Source: Thermoplasmata archaeon (GTDB lineage Archaea > Thermoplasmatota > Thermoplasmata > RBG-16-68-12). From it: a stretch of DNA of 64,000 nucleotides. The DNA lies in NCBI GenBank assembly GCA_035636315.1, contig DASPZJ010000084.1, positions 25,401 through 89,400 on the forward strand. Reading direction: 5' to 3'. The notes beneath the pieces are model-generated. The model ran no database searches. It had not been told where the DNA came from and saw nothing but the letters and a program-made list of their open reading frames with translations. Below are positions 9,598-18,194 of the stretch, in pieces (the first letter of the stretch is position 1; every line of letters starts with the position of its first letter). The position numbers were made by a program, and so were the translations under genes.

Positions 9598-9819
9598 ATG
9601 GCCGCGTGGAGGCCGCGAGGGAGGCGGAAGGCCCGCCGGCGACGAGACTGGTCGTTCATCGAGTTCGCCGTGACGCTGTTCCTGCTCGGCCTCATGCTCG
9701 AAATGCTGTACGTCTTCCGAGGGGCATCGGGCGGATTCGAATGGCTCCTGGTCCTCCCGGGAATCGCGGCGCTCGTCGGGCTGATCTGGCTCGTGTCGCG
9801 AGAGCCCGTAAACCTTTAG
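9598..9819 (+). CDS. small two-TM membrane protein (hypothetical)
   Basis: Arg-rich N-terminus followed by two hydrophobic segments. Support is weak. Confidence 0.3.
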   Translation: MAAWRPRGRRKARRRRDWSFIEFAVTLFLLGLMLEMLYVFRGASGGFEWLLVLPGIAALVGLIWLVSREPVNL

Positions 9820-9820
9820 G
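9810..9820 (+). promoter_or_regulatory. TATA-like box (AAACCTTTAGG) for lysK
   Basis: Predicts a transcription start near 9843, just before the LysRS reading frame opens at 9849. Confidence 0.4.
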
Positions 9821-9854
9821 CCCGTCGTCCCATCTGCGCGACCGGTGACCTTCG

Positions 9855-11453
9855 CTGACCCACTGGTACGATGATCTCTTCGTCCAGGCGAAGGCATTCG
9901 TCGGCGAGAAGAGCGACCTGGTCATCAACGCCGGACTGAGCGTCAGCGGCCTCCAGCACGTCGGCCGGCTCCGGGGAGAGATCGCGCTCTCCCAGTTCCT
10001 GACCCGCAGCCTCCGCGAGATCGGCCGTCATCCGCTCCAGAGCTTGGTCCTGTACACACAGGACGAATGGAAGGCGAAGCCGGCGCAGATTGCGCAGTTT
10101 GCTCACGAGGACGGTCGGGCCTACGCGGGCCGGCGGCTCATCGACGTGCCCGACCCGTTCGGATGCCATGCGAACTGGGTCGACCACTACTGGCAGGACT
10201 TCGGAGGCGTCCTCGACCGATTCGCGCCCGATGTCCGGATCGTCACGACGACGCTGGCGTACCAGCTTCCGGAGATGCAAGCGCTCGTCCGCGACCTCGC
10301 CTCTCGCGCGGAGGAGGTGCGGGCGGTCGTGAACAAGTACCGCGCCCGCCGACCCTATCCGGAAGGCTGGATCCCTTTCGAGGCGTTCTGCGAAGCCTGC
10401 AAGACGATTGGCGCGCAGACCCTCGCCATCGTCGGGACCACGGCGACGTACCGCTGCCTTCGGTGCGGCAGCGAAGGCACCTCGTCCATCGAGAAGGGCA
10501 AGCTGAACTGGCGGCTCGAGTGGCCCGCCCTCTGGAAGGTCTACCGCGTCGACATCGAACCGTTCGGCAAGGACCACGCCACCCCGGGCGGATCGCGTGA
10601 CTCGTGCAAGGACATCGCCGAGAACGTCATGCATTTCCGGGCCCCGATGGGCATCCCGTACGAGTGGGTCGGGATCGCGGACCGCGGCAAGGACCTCGGG
10701 GACATGGGCTCGTCCGATTTCCTCGGCTTCACGCCGGCCCAATGGGTCGAGGTCGGCGACCCGGAGGTCCTTCGGTACGCGTACGCATTCACGCCGATCT
10801 TCCGCCGGATCGTGCTGGACCTCTCCCGGGTGGACGCCTACCACGACGCGTACGACCGCGCGGAGGAGGCGTTCTACGCCGCGGAGCGGAAAGGGGACGA
10901 GGACGACCAAGCCCGCGCCTTCGAGCTGGCGCAGCTCGCGCCCCCGCCGAAGCGGAAGTCGTTCGCCCTCTCGTACCGACATGCGGCGTTCCTCTCGCAG
11001 ATCAGCCCGGAGACGGGACGGCTCGAGTGGTCCCTGAACCGGATGCGCGACACCGGCATGCTCGCCCGCCCGCCGACGGCGGCCGAGCGCGCGCGGATCG
11101 CCCGCCGGATCGAGCAAGCGCGCGTGTGGGTCGAGAAGTACGCCGGGGAGAACCGCGTGACCCTACTGGAGGCGCTGACGCCGGACGTCGCCGCTCAGCT
11201 GGACGACCGAGATCGGTCCGCCCTCCGCACCTACGCGGACAAGGCCGCCCGCGCGACGTGGACGGAGGACGCGATCAAGGACTCGATGGTCTCCCTGACG
11301 AAGGGCGGGGGCCTGTCCGTCGAGACGAGCCGCTTCTTTCGCGACCTCTATCTCGTCCTGCTCGGGAGTGAGCGCGGCCCTCGCGCCGCCCCGTTCCTCG
11401 CCGTCCTGGAGAAGGACTGGGTCCTCCGCCGGCTGCGCGAAGCCGCCAAGTAG
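9855..11453 (+). CDS. lysK: class I lysyl-tRNA synthetase (start codon unresolved)
   Basis: The frame is open from 9849. The upstream part encodes HWYDDLF...SVSGLQHVGRLRGE, the class I N-terminus and HIGH-type motif. The first canonical start (TTG at 10044) would delete that motif. 9855 is a CTG, used here only as a placeholder. Confidence 0.75.
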   Translation: MTHWYDDLFVQAKAFVGEKSDLVINAGLSVSGLQHVGRLRGEIALSQFLTRSLREIGRHPLQSLVLYTQDEWKAKPAQIAQFAHEDGRAYAGRRLIDVPDPFGCHANWVDHYWQDFGGVLDRFAPDVRIVTTTLAYQLPEMQALVRDLASRAEEVRAVVNKYRARRPYPEGWIPFEAFCEACKTIGAQTLAIVGTTATYRCLRCGSEGTSSIEKGKLNWRLEWPALWKVYRVDIEPFGKDHATPGGSRDSCKDIAENVMHFRAPMGIPYEWVGIADRGKDLGDMGSSDFLGFTPAQWVEVGDPEVLRYAYAFTPIFRRIVLDLSRVDAYHDAYDRAEEAFYAAERKGDEDDQARAFELAQLAPPPKRKSFALSYRHAAFLSQISPETGRLEWSLNRMRDTGMLARPPTAAERARIARRIEQARVWVEKYAGENRVTLLEALTPDVAAQLDDRDRSALRTYADKAARATWTEDAIKDSMVSLTKGGGLSVETSRFFRDLYLVLLGSERGPRAAPFLAVLEKDWVLRRLREAAK

Positions 11454-11457
11454 GAAA

Positions 11458-11469
11458 GGCAAAAATACG
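11458..11469 (+). promoter_or_regulatory. TATA-like box for tRNA-Gln
   Basis: ggcaaaaatacg is centred about 27 nt upstream of the tRNA 5' end at 11491. Confidence 0.4.
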
Positions 11470-11490
11470 TCCTACCCGTTGAATCGCGCA

Positions 11491-11616
11491 AAGCCCCGTG
11501 GTCTAGCGGCCAATCGTGACCGACTTTCGGTCGCGGGCCAGTGATTCGAGGCTCTGGATCGGTCCTCACGGACCGAAGGGAGACCTCGCGACGGCAGTTC
11601 GAATCTGCCCGGGGCT
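11491..11616 (+). tRNA. tRNA-Gln (anticodon CTG) interrupted by two BHB introns (11513-11540 and 11557-11581)
   Basis: Acceptor AGCCCCG/CGGGGCT and T arm GGCAG-TTCGAAT-CTGCC. Removing the 28-nt and 25-nt inserts gives a 73-nt cloverleaf with anticodon loop CTCTGGA. Both inserts fold as 3-nt bulge, 4-bp helix, 3-nt bulge. Confidence 0.7.
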
Positions 11617-11621
11617 ATCTC

Positions 11622-12548
11622 TTATTCCGAGAGGATCGGCACTGCCTTCGGCAGGACCTCGAAGCGGAGGGGATGGCGGCCGACGTACTCGCCGTCCAGG
11701 TCGATCATCTCCCCCTGCGACCGCACGGCGATCGATCGGCACCGGAACGTCGTGACTTCCTTCATCGTGAGATGCTCTCCCCGGCGAAGGGCCGGCAGGT
11801 TCCGGCGGGCGGTCTTGAAGTCGATGTCGCCGAACACGACGACATCGAGGAGGCCGTCCTCGAGGCCCGCCGTCGGCGCGGGGAGCAAGCCCGCACCAAA
11901 GTAGCGTCCGTTCGCGACGACGAAGTCGTTCACGATGGCCTCGCGCGGCCCGCCGCCGTCCGCCTCGTACACGACGCGGGTGTTCCGATATTTCGGCAGC
12001 GTGCGAAGGATCGCGATCGTGAAGCTCATTCGCCCGCCGAGGATCTTCGTCGTGCGGTTCACCCGGTCGACAACGGCTCCACCGGAGCCGAACTCCGCGA
12101 TGTTGATGAAGTGTCGGGATCGCCGAACGTCTCCATCGAGGAATTCGCATCGCCCCGCGTCGACGTTGCGGATCCGACCCTCCCGCAGGAGGCGGGCCAA
12201 TGCCTGCGCCGACCGCGGCATCGGCAACGTCCGGGCGAAGTCCGATCCCGTGCCGACGGGAAGGAACGCGAGGCGTGCTTCCCGGCTGCGGCGTCGCGCA
12301 TCGTCCGCGAGGAAGCCGTTCACGACCTCGTTCAGCGTACCGTCCCCGCCGACCGCGACGACGGTCCGCGCTCCCGCGGCGAGCGCGTCGCGCGCCAGGT
12401 CCGTCGCATGTCCCCGCCGCTCGGTCCGGTGCACGTCGAACGCTCCACCGAGTTCCCTTCGGAGGTCGGACTCGTGCGTCCGCCAGCGGCGGCCGGTCTT
12501 CCCGTTCGAGGAAGCCGGGTTCACGATGAAGACCGTCTCAGCCGCCAT
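11622..12548 (-). CDS. diacylglycerol-kinase-family lipid kinase (YegS/BmrU-like)
   Basis: MAAETVFIVNPASSNGK...VAVGGDGTLNEV motif. Overlaps the upstream gene by 11 nt. Confidence 0.8.
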   Translation of the reverse strand: MAAETVFIVNPASSNGKTGRRWRTHESDLRRELGGAFDVHRTERRGHATDLARDALAAGARTVVAVGGDGTLNEVVNGFLADDARRRSREARLAFLPVGTGSDFARTLPMPRSAQALARLLREGRIRNVDAGRCEFLDGDVRRSRHFINIAEFGSGGAVVDRVNRTTKILGGRMSFTIAILRTLPKYRNTRVVYEADGGGPREAIVNDFVVANGRYFGAGLLPAPTAGLEDGLLDVVVFGDIDFKTARRNLPALRRGEHLTMKEVTTFRCRSIAVRSQGEMIDLDGEYVGRHPLRFEVLPKAVPILSE

Positions 12549-14151
12549 GGTCCTTCCGGAACGCGCGATGCGTCCGGACGAGCTCCGCGTAGGCCGCGAT
12601 CTCGTCCTCGATGGTGCGCGGATTCCATCCGAGGATCCGGCCCATCCGGGCGGCGACCTGCACCGCGACGCCGAACGCCTGATCCGCGGCCTCGTAGAAG
12701 AGCCCGAGACGGCGCACCAGGACGTCGGACAGGCGGAGCGCCATCTCCTCGCGCACCGCGAGCTCGACCTCCGCCCAGATGTGGGGCCGCCCATGGACGA
12801 TTCGGTCGCGTGCGCCGGGCGATCCGAGATACCGCTGGACCGCCTCGAGCGAGTATCGCATCTGGAGGTGCGAGGCCGAGGCCTCGTCGAGTCCGAGGTT
12901 CGTGAAGTCGTCGAGCGGGGAGGCGCTCGGACCGAGCGGGCGGTTCCTCGTCGACCCCGCCGCACGGCGGCCCAGGCGGGCGACGATGCGCCTCCCGACG
13001 CCCTCCGCCATCGCGCGATGCGTCGTGAGCTTGCCGCCGGCGACGGAGACCAGCCCGTCCTCGTCCTCGAAGATCTCGTGCTCCCGGGAGACCTCGGACT
13101 CGGACGCGTCCTGGCTCGACTTCCGGAGGAGCGGGCGGAGGGAGGCATAGGCGCTGACGACGTCCTCGGGAACGAGATGGGCCTCCGGGAACGCCTCGTT
13201 CACCGCCGACAGCAGATAGTCCACGTCCGGCGCATCGGGGACGACGGCGTCCGGGTCGCCCGCGAAGTCCGTGTCCGTCGTGCCGACGAGCGTGAGGTCT
13301 CCCCACGGCAGGACGAACACCACGCGGCCGTCCCGCACCGGGAGCGCGATGGCCTGATGGTGCCCGAGCTTCGCGCGCGGCACGAAGATATGGATGCCTT
13401 TCGTCGGTCGGATGGTAGGGCGCGACCTCGGGGTTCGGAGACGATCGAGCCAGACCCCGGTCGCGTTCACGACGACGCTCGCACGGGTGTCGAAGCGATC
13501 GCCGGTGATGCGGTCTACGATGCGGGCCCCGCACACCTCGTCCTCTTCGCGGACGAGTTCCGTTGCCTCCGCGTAGTTCGCGACGATCGCGCCTTCCGCC
13601 GCAGCATCCTTCACGACGGCGAGGACGAGGCGGGCATCGTCCGTCCACGCGTCGTAGTAGACGCCTGCGCCCGCGAGTGCCTTCCCTTCGAGGCGCGGTT
13701 CCCGGGTCAACGCTTCCTCGAGGCGGAGCCACGCCCGCCGCGGTACGGACTTCCGCGTCGACAGGAGATCGTACAGGAACAATCCGAACCGAAGTGCCAG
13801 GGGCCCGGGAGGTCGATCCCGGTACGTCGGGATGACGAACGGGAGGGGATGGACGAGGGTCGGCGCCGTCACGAGGAGACGATCGCGTTCTCGCACGGCC
13901 TGCCAGACGAGGCGGATCCGGTAGTTCCTCAGATACCGCAGCCCGCCGTGGACGAGTCGCGAGGTCTTGCCGCTCGTCCCGCTGGCGAAGTCGCCCCGCT
14001 CCACGAGCGCGGTCCGGAGGCCGCGGCACGCCGCGTCCCTCGCCACGCCAGCCCCGACGATCCCGCCCCCGATGATCAGGACGTCGAACGTCTCGCGGCG
14101 CATGCGGACGAGGTTCGCCGCGCGGGTTCGGGCCGAAAACTCCGCGGTCAT
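12538..14151 (-). CDS. glpA: FAD-dependent glycerol-3-phosphate dehydrogenase
   Basis: DVLIIGGGIVGAGVARDAACRG dinucleotide fold and SGTSGKTSRLVHGGLRYL. The ATG overlaps the upstream stop (ATGA). Confidence 0.85.
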   Translation of the reverse strand: MTAEFSARTRAANLVRMRRETFDVLIIGGGIVGAGVARDAACRGLRTALVERGDFASGTSGKTSRLVHGGLRYLRNYRIRLVWQAVRERDRLLVTAPTLVHPLPFVIPTYRDRPPGPLALRFGLFLYDLLSTRKSVPRRAWLRLEEALTREPRLEGKALAGAGVYYDAWTDDARLVLAVVKDAAAEGAIVANYAEATELVREEDEVCGARIVDRITGDRFDTRASVVVNATGVWLDRLRTPRSRPTIRPTKGIHIFVPRAKLGHHQAIALPVRDGRVVFVLPWGDLTLVGTTDTDFAGDPDAVVPDAPDVDYLLSAVNEAFPEAHLVPEDVVSAYASLRPLLRKSSQDASESEVSREHEIFEDEDGLVSVAGGKLTTHRAMAEGVGRRIVARLGRRAAGSTRNRPLGPSASPLDDFTNLGLDEASASHLQMRYSLEAVQRYLGSPGARDRIVHGRPHIWAEVELAVREEMALRLSDVLVRRLGLFYEAADQAFGVAVQVAARMGRILGWNPRTIEDEIAAYAELVRTHRAFRKDHGG

Positions 14152-15776
14152 GGCAATCCTGCCACCAACGTCCCCGGATTCATGATGCCCTCTGGATCGA
14201 GTTCGCGCTTTAGGGCCCGGAGCACGACGACGCCGCCCTCCCCGATGACCCGCTTCAGGTACGGCGCATGGTCCTCGCCGATCCCGTGATGGTGGCTCAA
14301 GGCGCCGCCGGCCGCCACGAACGCGTCCGTGACCGCGGCTTTGAGTCCCTCCCACTGCTCGATCTCCCGTCCGGGCCGCTGCGGCGCGAGGACCGTGTAG
14401 TACAGCGAGGCGCCGTCCGGATATGCGTGCGAGATGTGGCAGAGGATGAGGCCCGGGTTCCCGTCCTTCCAGAGCGCATCCTGGAGCGCCTTCCGGCCCG
14501 CGTCGTAGACCGTCATCAGGTCGGACCACGACGCCGCCGTCTCGACCGTGTCGACGAGGATGCCGCGGTCGAGGAGGGAGTCGCGCAGATACGGCAGCTC
14601 GTACCGCTCTCGGGACCAGCGCTCGGCGGGCCCGGATCCGATGCTCGTCGAGCGGCCTCGCGCGTAGCGGATCGCGGTGCGACGCCGATGGACGACCCGC
14701 TCGCGGGTGCCCTCGAACTCCATGAGGAGGAGCGAGCCCTCCGCCAGGCGTCGGGCTGCGAGGTCCCCTGCGTCGGGCGCGATCCCCGCACCCGCGGCCG
14801 CGAAGCGCGTCTCCTCGCTGTCCCCGAGGTACGCCATGTCCGGGAGGGCGTCGTCCCGCGCCATCGCGCGAAGGGCCGCGATGCCGTCCGCGAATGTCGG
14901 GAAGAGCCTCGAGGCGTACCGGCGCTCGGCGGGCAGCGGATGGGCGCGGAGCGTGGCCTGCGTGACGACGCCGAGCGCACCCTCCGAGCCGAGGACGAGT
15001 TCCTTCAGGCTCGGACCGTGGGATTCCTTCGGCAACGACCGCACCTCGAGGACCCGCGTCGGCGAGACGAGCCGGAGGCCGACGACGAGATCTTCGATGC
15101 TCCCGTAGCGGTTCGAGAGGGCGCCGGTCGCCCGCGTCGCGATCCAGCCGCCCATCGTGGAGAACTCCCACGACTGCGGGAAGTGGCCGAGGGTGAGCCC
15201 TTTCGCGTTGAGTGCCTCCTCGAGCTGCGGTCCTCGGATCCCGGCCTCGGCGGTCACGAGGCCCGATTCGACGTCGACCGAGAGGACGCGCCGCATCCGC
15301 CGCAGGTCCGCGGCGATCGTCGCGGCGAAGTCCGCGTGGGCATCGAGGCCGCCGACGACGCTCGTCCCGCCGCCGAAGGGGATGACCGCGTATCGTCGTC
15401 GGCGTGCGAACTCCAGGAGACGCCGGACCGAATCCTCATCCTCCGGGAAGACGACCACATCCGGGAGGCGGCCGATCCGGCCGGTCCGCAGCCGGACGAG
15501 ATCCTTGTAGCCCTTTCCGGCGGCGTGCATCACGCGCGCGGCGTCGTCGCTCGCGACGTTCTCCTCGCCGACGATCCCGCGGAGTTCGGCGAGCTCGTCC
15601 GGCGAGAGGAGGGACGGCCCCACCGGGATTCGCTCGAACGGGACCGGGCCGCGGCGGGTCGACAGGTCGAGCTTCAGCCGTTCTCGGAGGTAGTCGACGA
15701 GCGCGGGTCGGCTTTCCAGGGGGACGGTCTTGTCTTCCCACCCCCAGCCCCACCACTTGATCGCGCGCGACTCCAT
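14148..15776 (-). CDS. FAD-linked oxidase, alkyl-DHAP-synthase / GlcD-like
   Basis: N-terminal IKWWGWGWED and an FAD_binding_4-type core (VIPFGGGTSVVGG). Start chosen at the internal ATG about 27 nt from the TATA-like ggtaaagacgtttt (minus strand). Confidence 0.8.
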   Translation of the reverse strand: MESRAIKWWGWGWEDKTVPLESRPALVDYLRERLKLDLSTRRGPVPFERIPVGPSLLSPDELAELRGIVGEENVASDDAARVMHAAGKGYKDLVRLRTGRIGRLPDVVVFPEDEDSVRRLLEFARRRRYAVIPFGGGTSVVGGLDAHADFAATIAADLRRMRRVLSVDVESGLVTAEAGIRGPQLEEALNAKGLTLGHFPQSWEFSTMGGWIATRATGALSNRYGSIEDLVVGLRLVSPTRVLEVRSLPKESHGPSLKELVLGSEGALGVVTQATLRAHPLPAERRYASRLFPTFADGIAALRAMARDDALPDMAYLGDSEETRFAAAGAGIAPDAGDLAARRLAEGSLLLMEFEGTRERVVHRRRTAIRYARGRSTSIGSGPAERWSRERYELPYLRDSLLDRGILVDTVETAASWSDLMTVYDAGRKALQDALWKDGNPGLILCHISHAYPDGASLYYTVLAPQRPGREIEQWEGLKAAVTDAFVAAGGALSHHHGIGEDHAPYLKRVIGEGGVVVLRALKRELDPEGIMNPGTLVAGLP

Positions 15777-15889
15777 CGCGCGGCGAAGTGCCTCTTCGGT
15801 AAAGACGTTTTCCGGGGACGTCGCAGTCGAAAGTCCCAAAGCATTAAACTGGCGCGGACCATGCGGCCGCACCGGAGGGGCCGGGAGCG

Positions 15890-17047
15890 ATGATCGAGCG
15901 GGAGGCGATCGTGGAGATCCTCGAGGGATACGATCCCTCGGAGGTCCGGGTGGCATCGATCGGATCGCACTCCGCCCTCGACGTCTGCGACGGTGCGGTC
16001 GAGGAGGGGTTCCGGACCCTCGTGATCTGCGAGAAAGGACGCGCGACGCCGTACGCGCGGTTCTTCCGCTCCGTGCGCGACAAGGAAGGCCGGCCGAGAC
16101 GCGGCATGGTCGACGAGGCGATCGTCCTCGCGAAGTTCGACGAGGTCCTCTCGGACAAGATTCAGGAACGCCTCCGTCGGGCGAACGCCCTGTTCGTCCC
16201 GAATCGGTCCTTCACGTCGTACTGCGACCTCGACGTCATCGAGGAGGCGTTCCGCGTACCCCTGTTCGGAAGCCGCAACCTCCTGCGGACCGAGGAGCGG
16301 GACTTCGAGCGCAGCTACTATTGGATCCTCGAGACGGCGAAGCTGCCGGCACCGGAGAAGTTCGATCGACCGAGCGACATCGACGGTCTCGCGATCGTCA
16401 AGCTGCCGCACAAGGTGAAGAAGCTCGAGCGCGGTTTCTTCACGGCGGCGAGTTTCAAGGAGTACCGCGAGAAGTCCGAGGCGCTGCTGAAACAAGGCGT
16501 GATTTCGAAGGCGGACCTCGCCAAGGCGCGGATCGAGCGGTACATCATCGGCCCGATCTTCAACTTCGATTTCTTCTACTCTCCGATCGAGGAGGAGGCG
16601 GAGAAGCTCGAGCTGCTCGGCGTCGACTGGCGGTTCGAGACGTCCCTCGACGGACACGTGCGGCTGCCGGCGGACCAGCAGCTGACCTTGAACAAGGCGC
16701 AGCGGATCCCGGAGTACGTGGTCGTGGGACACAACGCCGCGACGCTCCGCGAGTCGAGCCTCAAAGACGCCTTCGAGATCGCGGAGGCGTACGTCAAGGC
16801 GACGCAGCGCTACTTCGCGCCGGGCATCATCGGCCCCTTCACCCTTCAGACGGCGGTCGACAAGGATCTGCGGTTCTGGGTCTACGATGTCTCGCCGCGC
16901 ATCGGCGGCGGGACGAACATCCACATGGCGTTCGGCCATCCGTACGGGAACTCCCTTTGGCGGAGGCCGATGAGCACGGGGCGCCGGATCGCGATGGAAT
17001 TGCGACGCGGGATCGAGACCGGGCAGCTGGCCGCGCTCGTAACGTGA
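15890..17047 (+). CDS. purP: 5-formaminoimidazole-4-carboxamide ribonucleotide (FAICAR) synthetase PurP
   Basis: VASIGSHSALDVCDGAVEEGF...ATP-grasp pattern typical of archaeal PurP. Confidence 0.85.
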   Translation: MIEREAIVEILEGYDPSEVRVASIGSHSALDVCDGAVEEGFRTLVICEKGRATPYARFFRSVRDKEGRPRRGMVDEAIVLAKFDEVLSDKIQERLRRANALFVPNRSFTSYCDLDVIEEAFRVPLFGSRNLLRTEERDFERSYYWILETAKLPAPEKFDRPSDIDGLAIVKLPHKVKKLERGFFTAASFKEYREKSEALLKQGVISKADLAKARIERYIIGPIFNFDFFYSPIEEEAEKLELLGVDWRFETSLDGHVRLPADQQLTLNKAQRIPEYVVVGHNAATLRESSLKDAFEIAEAYVKATQRYFAPGIIGPFTLQTAVDKDLRFWVYDVSPRIGGGTNIHMAFGHPYGNSLWRRPMSTGRRIAMELRRGIETGQLAALVT

Positions 17048-17189
17048 GCACGCGGGCCCGTTGCGCCGGAGGGACGACGGCCGTCGCCGACCTTCTCTCG
17101 GCCCTGACCCATGTTTTGTCAACCCCGGATCCCGGGCGAACCTTGATGGGGTCCGGAGGAGTCGCGAGTGCGTCAGAGGGATACGCGGG

Positions 17190-18194
17190 ATGCTCGAGTG
17201 GATGCCCTGGGTCGTCGCGATCGCGGTCGGCTTCATCACGCTCAACCAGGGCGCGAAGTTCATCACGGACAACGCCACACGAATCTCCGGAAAGATCGGC
17301 CGGAGCCGCTTCGTCGTGGGCGCCCTCCTCGTCTCCACCCTCTCGGCCCTCCCGGAACTCCTCGTGAGCGGCATCGCCGCGGAGGAGGGGAGTCCGGAGA
17401 TCGCGCTGGGGAACGCGCTCGCCTCGACCGTGGTCACGATCGCGTTCGTGATCGGAGCGAGCGCCCTCGTCCGGCCGATCAAGGCCTCCCGCGAGATCGT
17501 GCTCCGGGACGCGGTGTTCCTCGCGATCGTCACGCTGGTCGCCGCGACGCTCCTGCTCGACGGCAACCTGACGCAATACGAGGGCCTCGCGCTCGTGGCG
17601 CTCTTCGTCCCGTACGTGCTCAACCTCTCGGTCTCCCAGCGGACGGCCCCGCCCGACGAGATTCAGGAGCGCGTGGACGACCTGAAGATCGGCCTCGAGT
17701 TCACGGGTTGGATCTTCGGCCGGAAGGTCGAGATCCGCGCGGGCATCGGTTGGCTCATCCTCGGCGTCCTGTGGTCCGTGATGGGGGCGCAGTTCCTGGT
17801 TCAGGGGGCGATCGGTGTCTCGGCGGTCGTCGGGCTGAATCCGTGGTTCATGGGGATCACGGTCGTCGCGCTCGGCACGTCGCTCCCGGACATCGCGGCC
17901 GCGTACCACGCGACGCGGCGCGGCTACACGGACCTCGTCCTCGGCGTGGGGATCGGGGGGAGCGTCGTCACCACCCTCCTGACGCTCGGCGTGATCGGGC
18001 TCCTGCGACCGTCGACGTATTCGGTCCAGTTGCTGTTGCCCGTGGTCGGCGCGATGGTCCTGACGTCGTTCCTGCTGCTCGCGCTCATGCTCGGCGAGTG
18101 GAAGATCACTTCGCGATCCGGCGCCGTGCTGACCTCGAGCTACTTCGCGATGGTCGCCTTCAACTTGGTGTGGTTCCGCGGCGGCTTCACGTAA
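17190..18194 (+). CDS. Ca2+/Na+ antiporter (CaCA/YrbG family)
   Basis: Two alpha-repeat motifs (GALLVSTLSALPELLVS and GITVVALGTSLPDIAAA) in a polytopic membrane protein. Confidence 0.8.
   Translation: MLEWMPWVVAIAVGFITLNQGAKFITDNATRISGKIGRSRFVVGALLVSTLSALPELLVSGIAAEEGSPEIALGNALASTVVTIAFVIGASALVRPIKASREIVLRDAVFLAIVTLVAATLLLDGNLTQYEGLALVALFVPYVLNLSVSQRTAPPDEIQERVDDLKIGLEFTGWIFGRKVEIRAGIGWLILGVLWSVMGAQFLVQGAIGVSAVVGLNPWFMGITVVALGTSLPDIAAAYHATRRGYTDLVLGVGIGGSVVTTLLTLGVIGLLRPSTYSVQLLLPVVGAMVLTSFLLLALMLGEWKITSRSGAVLTSSYFAMVAFNLVWFRGGFT

Noticed and set aside
10044-10046. TTG at 10044 as the lysK start (as given in the ORF track).
   Set aside because: It would remove the N-terminal HW..D segment and the HIGH-type motif, which are encoded in frame upstream (9849-10043).
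11935-14289. 784-aa plus-strand ORF, and 12521-14029 (minus, 502 aa), over the lipid kinase and glpA.
   Set aside because: The opposite or alternative frames contain GGDGT and the FAD dinucleotide fold. These are high-GC artefacts. The same reasoning applies to 6288-7874, 9816-11117, 15674-17623, 19838-21889, 21299-22663, 25506-27272 and 33352-34833.
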